Assembly (NCBI GenBank): GCA_040768745.1
Contig: JAXGMI010000002.1
Coordinates: 64,001-128,000, forward strand
Source: Desulfomicrobium sp.
GTDB lineage: Bacteria; Desulfobacterota; Desulfovibrionia; Desulfovibrionales; Desulfomicrobiaceae
Reading direction: 5' to 3'
DNA: 64,000 nt
The translations under genes and the position numbers were made by a program. The notes beneath the pieces were generated by a model. It was given only the letters and a program-made list of their open reading frames with translations. It had not been told where the DNA came from and made no database searches. Positions 1-8,893 of this stretch are shown piece after piece. The stretch's first letter is position 1; each line of letters opens with the position of its first letter.

Positions 1-2225
1 AACAGGAAGCAGGAGAGCCAGGAAAGGATGAGAAAGCGATCCCCCTGTGGACAGGTCATGTTGCCCACCAGCAGATCGACCAGGAGCCGGTCCGCCTCTT
101 CGAGATCAGCGTCGGGCAGGAATTTCAGCGGCTTCATCTTGCGCGAGCCGTCCAGGATGATGCCGTCCTCGTTGCCACCGTTCTTCATGATCTGAATCTC
201 GTCCGGGGTGATCTTGGCGATCTCATGCTCCGGATTGTTCAGGTTGAAATAGACGGTGTAGGAAGCCACATCTGTGTGCAGCCAGGAAAAATGGTCTCGC
301 ACCTGGCCACGGATCATTGCCAGGCTGGGCAGTACCTCAAAAAATGTCCGCCCGCCGTTGGAGGTCGGCACCATGCCCGTGTGTTTGTAGAGCATGGCCG
401 CGTAATGGCGCTTGCGGCCTCGGTCCGGTGAATCCATCCAGTAAATGGCGTTATCGAAATACATGAACGGCTCGCCCTGCAGGGTGTGAAAGAACTGGGC
501 ACCGTTGGAGGTGAACCAGTCGTAGGCGGCCTCGGCGGCCAGGGTGTAGTCGGGAGCGCCGTTCTCCAGTTCCGTGTCGATCAGCACCTCGTCGACCCGG
601 GCGCGGCACGATCCGGGCATCGCGCCGGACATCCGCTTGGCCTTCTTCTTTTCGTTACGGAACTCGACCTTGCGGTCCTTCTGGATGGCGCGGATCTGCT
701 CTTTCAGGGTGGCCATGGAAACACCACCACCGATGCGCTCCTGCACCAGCTTCAGCAGGCGGGCCTGTTCCAGCGGAGACTGCTCGGAAATCTCCCCCAG
801 TATCGGTTCGAGCAGGCGGTTGCGTTCCTCTTCCTCAGCGCCCTCGGGCAGCGAGCGCACGCCGAACTCGATGGGCGTGCTGGCCTCGGCGAGCAGGCGT
901 TCGAAATCCTCCCGGGTATGCCCGGCGGCAATGAAATCGTTGACGTCGATCTTTGCGGTGGCGAGAAGCGCCTCGGCCGCCTGGACTTCCTCGGCGGGAC
1001 GTCCCGCCAGCAGCTTGGCCAGCTCCTTCGGCCCCACGCTCGCCGTCAGGCTGAAGCGTTCGGTCAGCTCCTGCCGGGCCGAGATCTGTGTCTCCGACAA
1101 GGGCAGCGTCACCAGGCGGGTGTCGATCTTGTGTTCGGCCAGGGTGCGGGCGGTTTGCAGCGCCCCTTTGAGACCGGCCTGGGAGAGTTCGTTGTCCTGG
1201 CAGATGTAGACGGTTTCGACGCCGCGCAGCTTGGGGATCAGGCGCTCCCAATCGGCGGCCCGGATGCGGACGGTGACCGGCGATACGGTGGGCAGGCCCA
1301 GTTGCATCAGCGCCAGGCAATCGGTCACCCCCTCGGTGATGATCACCTTGCCGGGCCTGGCCAGCAGGCAGTCCTCGTTGAACAGCAGCGCGTTGTTGAT
1401 GAAATCGGCGACGTAAGGGCGCTGGTGCTCGTCGTGAACCGGCAGTTTCTTGTATTTCCCTTGCTCCCAGCCCACGTCCGGGGTCCACGGCGTCTTGCGG
1501 CCGATCATGAACACCACCCGGCCACGGCTCCAGTAGGGAAAGACGATGCGGCGCTCGAAAAATGGCGTCAGGCCATCCTGGCTCGTGGGACGGAAAGCGC
1601 CGGTGGCGGCAAGCTCCCGCTTGGAGAAGCCGTCTTCGCCCCGGGTCAGTTGGGCGACCGCGCCGGACGCGTTGTCCGCGTAGCCGATCAGGAGATCGTC
1701 GATGGTCTCCTCGCTCAGGGCGTATTTGGATTTCAGCCAGTCGAGGACCTCCGGCGACTCTTTGAGTCTGGCGTGGTAAAGCCTGGCCAGCGAGGTCAGC
1801 GCGTCCTTGACCCGCAGTTCGAAGGCGCGGTCGGCCTCCGTCTGGGCGAGACGCTCCTGGCTGAGGCCATAGCGCGACAGCGGCGGCAAGCCCGCCTTCT
1901 TGGCGAGATAGTCCCGGGCCTGACGGTGGCTGTCCGGCATCGGACCGGATTGCCCGGCGGTGACCGAGCCCGTCTGAATGAACTCAACGAGTTGCAACAC
2001 ATCACCGCCGACTCCGCAGCCGAAGCAGTACCAGCCCTGCTTGTCGAGCATCACGTGCAGCGACAGACGCGACTGGCTCTGATGGTTGGGGCAGTCGCAC
2101 ATCAGGCGCTGGCCGGTCTCTTGGGTGATCCGTCCCGGCAGGAGTGCCCGGGCCACGTCACCGATGTCCATCTCGGTGACGAGCCGGTAATACTCCCTGA
2201 CATTATCCGTTCCGCCCATACTCAT
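1..2225 (-). CDS. DnaG-like DNA primase (CHC2 zinc finger + TOPRIM) with long C-terminal extension; runs off the window edge
   Basis: Not in ORF track because it has no stop in the window. Manual translation from ATG 2225 (overlaps RecD2 stop): MSMGGTDNVREYY...CDCPNHQSQSRLSLHVMLDKQGWYCFGCGVGGD...KVIITEGVTDCLAL...VYICQDNE; the frame is still open at the left edge. Confidence 0.85.
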   Translation of the reverse strand, partial: MSMGGTDNVREYYRLVTEMDIGDVARALLPGRITQETGQRLMCDCPNHQSQSRLSLHVMLDKQGWYCFGCGVGGDVLQLVEFIQTGSVTAGQSGPMPDSHRQARDYLAKKAGLPPLSRYGLSQERLAQTEADRAFELRVKDALTSLARLYHARLKESPEVLDWLKSKYALSEETIDDLLIGYADNASGAVAQLTRGEDGFSKRELAATGAFRPTSQDGLTPFFERRIVFPYWSRGRVVFMIGRKTPWTPDVGWEQGKYKKLPVHDEHQRPYVADFINNALLFNEDCLLARPGKVIITEGVTDCLALMQLGLPTVSPVTVRIRAADWERLIPKLRGVETVYICQDNELSQAGLKGALQTARTLAEHKIDTRLVTLPLSETQISARQELTERFSLTASVGPKELAKLLAGRPAEEVQAAEALLATAKIDVNDFIAAGHTREDFERLLAEASTPIEFGVRSLPEGAEEEERNRLLEPILGEISEQSPLEQARLLKLVQERIGGGVSMATLKEQIRAIQKDRKVEFRNEKKKAKRMSGAMPGSCRARVDEVLIDTELENGAPDYTLAAEAAYDWFTSNGAQFFHTLQGEPFMYFDNAIYWMDSPDRGRKRHYAAMLYKHTGMVPTSNGGRTFFEVLPSLAMIRGQVRDHFSWLHTDVASYTVYFNLNNPEHEIAKITPDEIQIMKNGGNEDGIILDGSRKMKPLKFLPDADLEEADRLLVDLLVGNMTCPQGDRFLILSWLSCFL

Positions 2226-4450
2226 TCGGCCTCCGCGACACGGGCGAAATCGGCCTCCGCGTGCTGGGCGGCGTCCAGAAACAGGGGCAGAAAGGTCCGG
2301 CGGTCATCCACCTGACACCGCTTGGCGCAGTTCTGGATGCCCCAGTGATCACCCAGAACAATGGCGGTGCGCCGGGCGCGGGTCACCCCGGTGTAGAGCA
2401 GATTGCGGTGGTGCATGAAGGAATGCGCCTTGTGGACCACCACCACGGCGCAGGGGAATTCGGAACCCTGGGTTTTGTGGATGGTGAGCGCATAGGCGAG
2501 CTGCAGGTCCTGAAGGTCGGGCGAACCCTTTTCCATCTCCACCGGCATGCCGTCGAAGTCGATGACCAGGGTGCCGTTCGCGAGGACATCGACCACATAG
2601 CCGATGGCACCGTTCATCACATTCAGGTCGTAATTGTTCCGGGTCTGGATGACCTTGTCGTGCTTGAGAAACGGAGCGCGGCGTCCCATGGCGACCGGCG
2701 GTACCTCGGCGTTCCAGAGCTTGCGCTGGATGAGCCGCTGCAGTTCCTCGTTCAGTTCCTTGGTGCCGAGTGGCCCCTTGTGGGTCGGCGTCAGCACCTG
2801 CACATCCTTGATGATGTCGAACCCCAGGGCGTCGAGCCGCTCCTGAAACAGCTCCAGCAGGAACGAGCGTGCAGCCATCGGGTCGGTGAACTGATCCACC
2901 AGATACCAATCCCGGCATCCGCCCACCGACGCCTCGCTGGTCTTGCGCACCTCGCCCTTGAGAACGGCGGTGCAGTTCTCCTTAAGGACGCCAGCCTGGC
3001 GCACGACCTTGTCGAGGATGACCGTGGGAATGGCGCGTGTCTGGATCAGATCGCGCAGGATGTTTCCCGGTCCCACCGGCGGAAGCTGGTTGTGGTCCCC
3101 GACCAGCAGCACCGTGGTCCGCGACAGGTCGACCGCCTCGAACAAGTGCCAGGCCAGGGACACGTCCACCATCGAAAACTCGTCGACCACCAAGACGTCG
3201 GCATCGATGGGATTCTCCTTGCTGCGCGAGAAACCCTTGCCGTCATAGCCGAGCAGGCGGTGAATGGTGGTGCCGCTGCGACCACTGACTTCCTCCAGGC
3301 GCTTGGCGGCCTTACCGGTCGGCGCGGCGAGCACGACCTCCAGATCACTCTCCTCGCAAATCGTGTTGATGACCGAAATGGTGTAGCTCTTGCCCGAACC
3401 GGCTCCACCCGAGATCAGGCTGATGCTGTGATTGAGGGCCGAGCGGACCGCGTCGAGCTGCTTCTCGTTCAGCGTTGATGCGCAGCGCCGAATCAGGGCA
3501 TCGAGTTTCTTGACGGACTGGAAATGCGGATTGGGTGTTTCGGCCCGGCCGAACAACGAGGCCAGCTCCCGCTCCATGCGGACGATCTCCGGCAGAGCGA
3601 CCACGAAACGTCCGCCGTGGGAATCGCAGGCAAGCGCCTGTTCTTCGATGAGCGCGTCGAGGGCGCTCTCGATACGGACCCGGCTGTCCAGGGCATCCAT
3701 GACCAGCAGCAGATTGGCCTGATCCACCAGATCCTCGTATTCGATCCAACAGTGGCCATTGTCCAGGGCATCACGGACGCAAAACAGCAGACCGGCCCGG
3801 ATACGGGGAACGTGGTCCTTGGGGGTTCCCAGCTTGCGGGCGATCTTGTCGACCTTCTTGAAGCCGAATCCCCGGATCTCCCGAATGAGGATGTACGGGT
3901 CTTCCTTCAGAATATCGAGGCAATTGCCGCCGAGTCTTTCGACCAGGGTGGTGACCTGATGATGGGTCAGGCCGAATGCCGAAAGCCAGGCCATGACGGT
4001 GTTGACGCTACGGTTCTTCAACCATTCGTCACGCAGCCGCTTGGCCGCATCCAGGGGCAGCCGAGCTTTGAGCGCGATGCGCTCGGGGTCATTCAGAAGG
4101 GTTTCTTCAAAGGCGTCGCCGAAACTCTCGACGATCAATCTGGCCTTGGCCGGACCAATGCCCTTGATCTCCGGATGGTTGGCCAGATAGTGGATCAGCC
4201 CCTCCGGATCGAGTTCGAGGTCGTGCTCCATCCCGTCGACCTTGAACTGACGGCCGTATTTGGGATGGGTGGCCCACGACCCGAGCAGGACCACAGGCTG
4301 ATTTTCCCGGGCGAACAAATTGCCCGCGAACTGGACTTCCTCACCGGTCGGGGTGAGCAGTCGGCCTGCGGAGAACTTGGGTCCGGCATAGTAAACGCGC
4401 TCTATTCTTCCCCGGAGTCGCGCCGGGTTACTCTCATTTCTTTTTGGCAT
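2222..4450 (-). CDS. recD2: ATP-dependent RecD2-like (SF1B) DNA helicase
   Basis: HhH (IKGIGPAKA), Walker A GGAGSGKS, DEFSM, VGDHNQL, LAYALTIHKTQGSEF, LLYTGVTRAR; start reassigned to MPKRNES at 4450. Confidence 0.9.
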   Translation of the reverse strand: MPKRNESNPARLRGRIERVYYAGPKFSAGRLLTPTGEEVQFAGNLFARENQPVVLLGSWATHPKYGRQFKVDGMEHDLELDPEGLIHYLANHPEIKGIGPAKARLIVESFGDAFEETLLNDPERIALKARLPLDAAKRLRDEWLKNRSVNTVMAWLSAFGLTHHQVTTLVERLGGNCLDILKEDPYILIREIRGFGFKKVDKIARKLGTPKDHVPRIRAGLLFCVRDALDNGHCWIEYEDLVDQANLLLVMDALDSRVRIESALDALIEEQALACDSHGGRFVVALPEIVRMERELASLFGRAETPNPHFQSVKKLDALIRRCASTLNEKQLDAVRSALNHSISLISGGAGSGKSYTISVINTICEESDLEVVLAAPTGKAAKRLEEVSGRSGTTIHRLLGYDGKGFSRSKENPIDADVLVVDEFSMVDVSLAWHLFEAVDLSRTTVLLVGDHNQLPPVGPGNILRDLIQTRAIPTVILDKVVRQAGVLKENCTAVLKGEVRKTSEASVGGCRDWYLVDQFTDPMAARSFLLELFQERLDALGFDIIKDVQVLTPTHKGPLGTKELNEELQRLIQRKLWNAEVPPVAMGRRAPFLKHDKVIQTRNNYDLNVMNGAIGYVVDVLANGTLVIDFDGMPVEMEKGSPDLQDLQLAYALTIHKTQGSEFPCAVVVVHKAHSFMHHRNLLYTGVTRARRTAIVLGDHWGIQNCAKRCQVDDRRTFLPLFLDAAQHAEADFARVAEAE

Positions 4451-4884
4451 CTCGCGATCCTCCGGTGAAAACGTGTCAGGTACTCCTCGACAAAACGGCA
4501 GGCGGCCTGCCGGTCCGAGCAGAAGTAGACGGGGACACCGAAGTCGACGACGATGGAGGCGACCGTTCCGATCAGCGCATGCGGGTGGGCATCGCTGCGG
4601 TAGCGGCCATCGACCAGATCGCGAAAGTTGCATTCGACAACCACGCAGGCGGACTCGTAGGCGGAGAGCTTTTCCAACTCGCGGTGAAACCGCTTTCTCC
4701 CCCGGATGACGGTGGAGACGAAATCCGTCAGGGATTTGCGCTCCACCGCCACCCGTTCCTCGAGGCCGACCAGCGAGTAATCACCGGCGGGCAACGCCTT
4801 GCGAACCGCCGAAACCTTGTCGCTATCGAAGCTGTAGGGCTCCTGTTCGCGGGTGTCGACGACAACGGTGATCCGGTCCATCAT
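4402..4884 (-). CDS. ERCC4/XPF-domain nuclease
   Basis: VVVDTREQ...GDYS...VERKS motif typical of ERCC4. Confidence 0.85.
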   Translation of the reverse strand: MMDRITVVVDTREQEPYSFDSDKVSAVRKALPAGDYSLVGLEERVAVERKSLTDFVSTVIRGRKRFHRELEKLSAYESACVVVECNFRDLVDGRYRSDAHPHALIGTVASIVVDFGVPVYFCSDRQAACRFVEEYLTRFHRRIARCQKEMRVTRRDSGEE

Positions 4885-5357
4885 CAGAACGGGATCATGT
4901 CGTCCATCGCCGCGCCGGGAGCCCCGGCATCGTCGGCCATGACAATGCGACGGTTGAAGTAGATGTTCTCGTTTTCACCGCGAGTGCGCTTGGTCACCTC
5001 CAGCTTGATGTTGAGAAGCTGCTCGAGGTGGCCCGGCAGGTCGGAGAGCTTCTGAAGCTGCAGCCCGCAGGTGTAGAGGTCCTGCTTGAGCCACTTGATG
5101 TTCTCGTTGCTGGCCATGACGTTGTTGCGCCAGAGCAGACGGCCCTTGTGGGTCGGCGCGAGAATGCGCAGGGTCCACTTGAGCATGGGATTGCCCGAGG
5201 TCTGGGCGCGAGTCAGTTCGACCCGGTCAACGTTGACCTGGTACTTGCCGTCGGGAACGGCCTCGAACTCACGTTCCTCGACTTCGGCGGTTTCGAAGGC
5301 GTCGTCGAACTGCGCCAGGTCGAGGTTGCTGTTGGATTGGTTTTCGTAGTGTTCCAT
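4884..5357 (-). CDS. DUF669-family phage protein (putative ssDNA-binding)
   Basis: VPDGKYQVNV...SGNPMLKWTLRI; acidic SSB-like tail DDMIPF; follows Sak4-like gene. Confidence 0.75.
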   Translation of the reverse strand: MEHYENQSNSNLDLAQFDDAFETAEVEEREFEAVPDGKYQVNVDRVELTRAQTSGNPMLKWTLRILAPTHKGRLLWRNNVMASNENIKWLKQDLYTCGLQLQKLSDLPGHLEQLLNIKLEVTKRTRGENENIYFNRRIVMADDAGAPGAAMDDMIPF

Positions 5358-5369
5358 GGTCGGATCTCC

Positions 5370-6140
5370 TTACTGTTGGGGTTTCGCCGCCGCACTCGCG
5401 GTCGGCTCCGGCTTCGGCCGGGCGGCACTCGCCGCAGCTCCGGCTGCCGTGTTGTTGAACGCTTTCATGAAGCTCGGAAAATCGAGGGGGATGACTTCGG
5501 GGAGTCGGCCGGTGCGGTCACCGGCGTCGTAGTTGGGACTGGGCTTGGTGCGCATCACGCGCTGCCAGACCGGCTTGCCGTCCTCGCCGGTTTTCATGTC
5601 CAGGTCGCAGAACAGGATCAGGTCCACCAGACCGGTGACCAGCTTCCGCGCCTTTTCCGGCAGCGTCGGCACGATGCGGGTGTGTTTGCCGGTCCGGGTC
5701 TCGATGTCCCGCTCCTGGGAGTGGGAAATCAGGATCAGCCCGTAGGGCAGGAAGGCGAGCTTGTTGATGACGCGCTGGAACTCGTTGTTGATCAGCGCGT
5801 AGCCCTTGCCGTAGCCCAGGTCGGATTCGTGCTCGATCTTGAATTTCTTGCAGACGTAGTCCGAGCACATCTTGTAGGCGTTATCCACCGTGTCGACGAC
5901 GATGGTCTTGAACTCGTGCTTGCCCTCGGCGATCTCCGCGCAGGCCTGTAGGAGGTCGTCCCAGCAGGTGATCGGGGTCTGGAACACCTCCAGGGCGTTC
6001 AGGCCCGGCTCGGTCGCCAGGAACAGTGCGTCATCGGCCTTGGAGCACCAGGTGCTCTTGCCGATCTTGCTCGGGCCGTACACCAGGGCGGTGAGGTCCG
6101 AGAGCGTGTGTTTGGGTTTGCTTTTGGTCTTGGGAAGCAT
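5370..6140 (-). CDS. AAA_24 / Sak4-like phage recombination ATPase
   Basis: LVYGPSKIGKST Walker A, TIVVDTVD Walker B, LILISH. Confidence 0.8.
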   Translation of the reverse strand: MLPKTKSKPKHTLSDLTALVYGPSKIGKSTWCSKADDALFLATEPGLNALEVFQTPITCWDDLLQACAEIAEGKHEFKTIVVDTVDNAYKMCSDYVCKKFKIEHESDLGYGKGYALINNEFQRVINKLAFLPYGLILISHSQERDIETRTGKHTRIVPTLPEKARKLVTGLVDLILFCDLDMKTGEDGKPVWQRVMRTKPSPNYDAGDRTGRLPEVIPLDFPSFMKAFNNTAAGAAASAARPKPEPTASAAAKPQQ

Positions 6141-6166
6141 GGCTTCGTCTCCTTATGGTTGGGATT

Positions 6167-7183
6167 TCAAAACACCGGAGCGGCGTCTTCACCGGCTCCG
6201 TCCCGCAGCTCTTCGTGCGGGGCGATCCGTTGGAAATGGTTTTCGATGACGTTGGGGTTGCCGCCCGAGCGGCAGAGCTGGAAGTAGGCGCAGGGCCTTC
6301 CGTACTGGAAGCAGTAGCTGGTGTTGCGGTAGAAGGTGTCGCGCCGACGGGCGTCGAGCATGGCCTTGGAGAGTTCCCACAGCTCCGCCCGCAGTTCCTC
6401 GAACTGGTCGCGGGAGATGTAGAGCACCTCGCGATGAAACATGCCCGGCTCGAGGTACTTTTCCTGGAGCCGTTGCTGGAAGGTTTCGTCGTCCTCCGGC
6501 AGCTTGCGCTTGGCGCTGCTCTTGCCGGTTTTCGACTTGGCAATCAGCTCCGCCCGGCGGGCCTCGAATTCGGCTTCGGTCTCACCCTTGCCCTGGCGCA
6601 ACTTGGCCTTGACCAGGACGTTGTAGATGATGCCGCTGACCGTGATGCCGAGGGTCTGCTCCAGGTACCAGGCGTAGAGGATGATCTGGAAATCGGTCCA
6701 CAGCCGCTCCAGGTAACTGGCGTCGATCTGCGAGGCGGTTTTGTGTTCCAGTAGGAAATACTGGCCATCCTGACGGACGATGCCGTCCACCTTCCCGGCG
6801 AGAATGAAACTGCGCGAGGTCGCCCCGGTCGCCGGGTTGACGATGGGACCTTCGAAGGTTTTCTCGAGCGCGACGACCTCGAACTCTTCGGCCGGGTAGT
6901 GTTCCGCATAGGCGCTCATCATGGCCCGGGCGAGATGCCAGTCGGCCTGTTGATGGTCGTCCTGCGCCCGGTTCGGATAGGTCCGGTCGATGTGGTCGAG
7001 GACCTTGGCCAGATTCCGCTCGCCGTGCCAGCACTCCAGGCAGTCGTGGATGACCGAGCCGAAGGCCAGATTGGGGTCGCGCTCGAGCGGCACCAGCTCG
7101 TCGATGTAGCGCCACTTGCAGGCCATGCGGCAGTTGCGGAACAGCCGCCACATGGAATAGGTGGTGGTCATCAGCTCGCTCAT
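6167..7183 (-). CDS. PD-(D/E)XK nuclease superfamily protein (RecB/Cas4-like)
   Basis: FGSVIHDCLE, GKVDGIV...LLEHKT, QIILYA, C-terminal C..C..C cluster; start MSELMTT at 7183. Confidence 0.85.
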   Translation of the reverse strand: MSELMTTTYSMWRLFRNCRMACKWRYIDELVPLERDPNLAFGSVIHDCLECWHGERNLAKVLDHIDRTYPNRAQDDHQQADWHLARAMMSAYAEHYPAEEFEVVALEKTFEGPIVNPATGATSRSFILAGKVDGIVRQDGQYFLLEHKTASQIDASYLERLWTDFQIILYAWYLEQTLGITVSGIIYNVLVKAKLRQGKGETEAEFEARRAELIAKSKTGKSSAKRKLPEDDETFQQRLQEKYLEPGMFHREVLYISRDQFEELRAELWELSKAMLDARRRDTFYRNTSYCFQYGRPCAYFQLCRSGGNPNVIENHFQRIAPHEELRDGAGEDAAPVF

Positions 7184-7515
7184 ACCGCCACCCCCGCTTC
7201 GGCGGCGGGCGCTGCGCGATGCTTGGAGGCACAGGCGCAACCCGACGGCTGGGTACGTTCGATCAGGACCGAGCGTTCGCCGTATTCCTTGGTGGCGAAG
7301 CCGGTGAAAATGCGGGCGAGGTCGCTGCCGACATCGGTGGAGGCGTCGATCACGCAGGTGCGTCGGGCCTTGTCCAGATTGAACCGGCTCTCCATCCGCA
7401 CACGGGAACGGCCATGCAGGCTTTCGACGGCCAGCATCGCCAGCATGAAAGTGTCTTCCAGTTCCTGGGCCGGGACCGACTCGTCAAAACGGTACTTGTA
7501 GGTGTCGTGAGTCAT
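7180..7515 (-). CDS. Hypothetical protein, first gene of the replication operon
   Basis: ATG 7515 preceded by AGAGGAG SD; stop overlaps next start. Confidence 0.7.
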   Translation of the reverse strand: MTHDTYKYRFDESVPAQELEDTFMLAMLAVESLHGRSRVRMESRFNLDKARRTCVIDASTDVGSDLARIFTGFATKEYGERSVLIERTQPSGCACASKHRAAPAAEAGVAV

Positions 7516-7584
7516 GGTTGAACTCCTCTTTTGTTCAGGTTCTGATTTCCGAGGCCCCGGATAGCCGCACCATGCGGCACGGTG

Positions 7585-7622
7585 CTTACTTACCGGAGGC
7601 GGAGCCGATGCGTCGGAGATCA
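7585..7622 (-). promoter_or_regulatory. Putative promoter for element-encoded sigma factor (copy 1): TGATCTCCGAC-N16-CGGTAAGTAAG
   Basis: Same bipartite motif and spacer as 12088-12125; lies upstream of the replication operon. Confidence 0.55.
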
Positions 7623-8204
7623 CAGGTAGTCCTCGAGCCCGGCCTCGCGGAACGCGTCCCGGAGCTTGCTCAGCCGGTCGTAGAGGGTGGTTCTGGGAAT
7701 GCCCATTTCCCGGGCGACTTCGGCCATGGTGCTGTCGTGCAGGCGCAAGCACAGATCCCGGAGCTCTTCCGGCAGCGAGGCGATGGCCTGGCCGAGATCC
7801 ATGCGGATCTCATGGGCGAGGCGCTCTCTTGTTTCGCGTGTGCCGCCCCCAAGAGAGCCTTCGCTATCCAGGAAGTCGATCCGCTCGGTGCTGTCGCCCT
7901 CACCGTTGTCGAGGGGTTCGTTGAGTGATGTTTGGCAGAGCCGCCAGTCCCGGCATTGGGCGAACCGGGCCTCCAGAATGGTGGAGATGTGACGTTCGAC
8001 GATCCGGGCCATGAAGGTGGTCTTCTTGGCCTTGGCGGGATTGAAATGCCGCATCCGCTGCAGCAGATCGATCATCAGTTCCTGTTCGAGGTCGGGTCTG
8101 TCGTCCTCGGTGAATCCGGCCTTGCCTACGAGTTGACGTGCTTTGTGCCGAATGAGGTCGGCGGCATACTTGTCGATGCCGTCGTAAGAATTCTGTGAAA
8201 CCAT
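7620..8204 (-). CDS. Sigma-70/ECF-like RNA polymerase sigma factor
   Basis: Region-2-like DLEQELMIDLL...FMARIVERH and region-4 HTH LPEELRDLC...TMAEVAREMGIPRTTLYDRL. Confidence 0.75.
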   Translation of the reverse strand: MVSQNSYDGIDKYAADLIRHKARQLVGKAGFTEDDRPDLEQELMIDLLQRMRHFNPAKAKKTTFMARIVERHISTILEARFAQCRDWRLCQTSLNEPLDNGEGDSTERIDFLDSEGSLGGGTRETRERLAHEIRMDLGQAIASLPEELRDLCLRLHDSTMAEVAREMGIPRTTLYDRLSKLRDAFREAGLEDYL

Positions 8205-8379
8205 CGGGGCCTCCTCGGAGCGAGGAGGAGGTCCGCGTGGGTGTCGGCACGGGCCAGATCACAGGACAAAGCTGTCGCGTGGGCGAAGGGGTCGCAGGTA
8301 CGCCGCCAATTGCCGTATTCGGCTCGGCGACACCCACAACAGCCTCCGCCATGCGTCCAGCTTGTTGTCCAGTGTCTAA
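8205..8379 (-). ncRNA. Candidate structured cis-regulatory leader RNA, copy A (5' UTR of sigma gene)
   Basis: 10-bp stem GUGGGUGUCG/CGACACCCAC (8328-8337 with 8237-8246); hairpin CCUCCUCG/CGAGGAGG over the SD; homologous to 12161-12288. Confidence 0.55.
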
Positions 8380-8399
8380 GGGTTCAGGTCGTTACGTGT

Positions 8400-8726
8400 T
8401 CAGGCTGCCCGTTCCTCGATGCGCATCAGGAACGGGAGACCGTGCTTGATCTCGAGCAGGCAGACTTTTCCGCTGCCCATCTGCGCGAGGTGCTCCAGCA
8501 GCGCCACGACCTCTTGCTTGAGGATGAAGTCATCCTGGTCGCGCTCGGGCCGGGGACCGCTCTGTCCGCCCAGCTTGATCTCGCGCTCGATGACCGTGTC
8601 AGGGGTGAGTTCCGGCTCGCCGTCGCGGACCGGAATGTTGGTGATGCGGCCGAAGTTGATGTCCTGCATCAGCTCGATGAGTCGCCGCTTCGGTGGGGTG
8701 AGATGTGCTTTGTTGACTTGTGCCAC
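8400..8726 (-). CDS. Small hypothetical protein
   Basis: GTG start at 8726 with AAGGAG SD; VAQVNKAHLTPPKRRLIELMQ...ERAA. Confidence 0.7.
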   Translation of the reverse strand: MAQVNKAHLTPPKRRLIELMQDINFGRITNIPVRDGEPELTPDTVIEREIKLGGQSGPRPERDQDDFILKQEVVALLEHLAQMGSGKVCLLEIKHGLPFLMRIEERAA

Positions 8727-8785
8727 TGCCAGTCTCCTTGTTCGGAAGTTCTGGCGCGCCCGGTGGCCAACCCTGTGCTGACCAA

Positions 8786-8838
8786 TAAAAAACGCCGGAT
8801 GTCGCGCCTTCAAAGCTGAAGGGGCGACATCCGGCGTC
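8786..8838 (-). terminator. Long GC-rich hairpin followed by U-tract (terminator/attenuator-like)
   Basis: Minus strand ACGCCGGATGTCGC...GCGACATCCGGCGT-TTTTT. Confidence 0.6.
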
Positions 8839-8893
8839 GTGCATCACGACAAAGAGCGTCGTGGGAAATTTTTTTAAACTTTTTTTGCCTGGG

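Noticed and set aside
486..2315. 609-aa plus-strand ORF and similar long antisense ORFs (e.g. 2261-3478, 22832-24670, 28336-30096, 29988-32114)
   Set aside because: Shadow frames of high-GC genes on the opposite strand; no recognisable motifs
6167..7183. Cas4-like nuclease as CRISPR evidence
   Set aside because: Sits in a phage recombination operon; no array or other cas genes in the window
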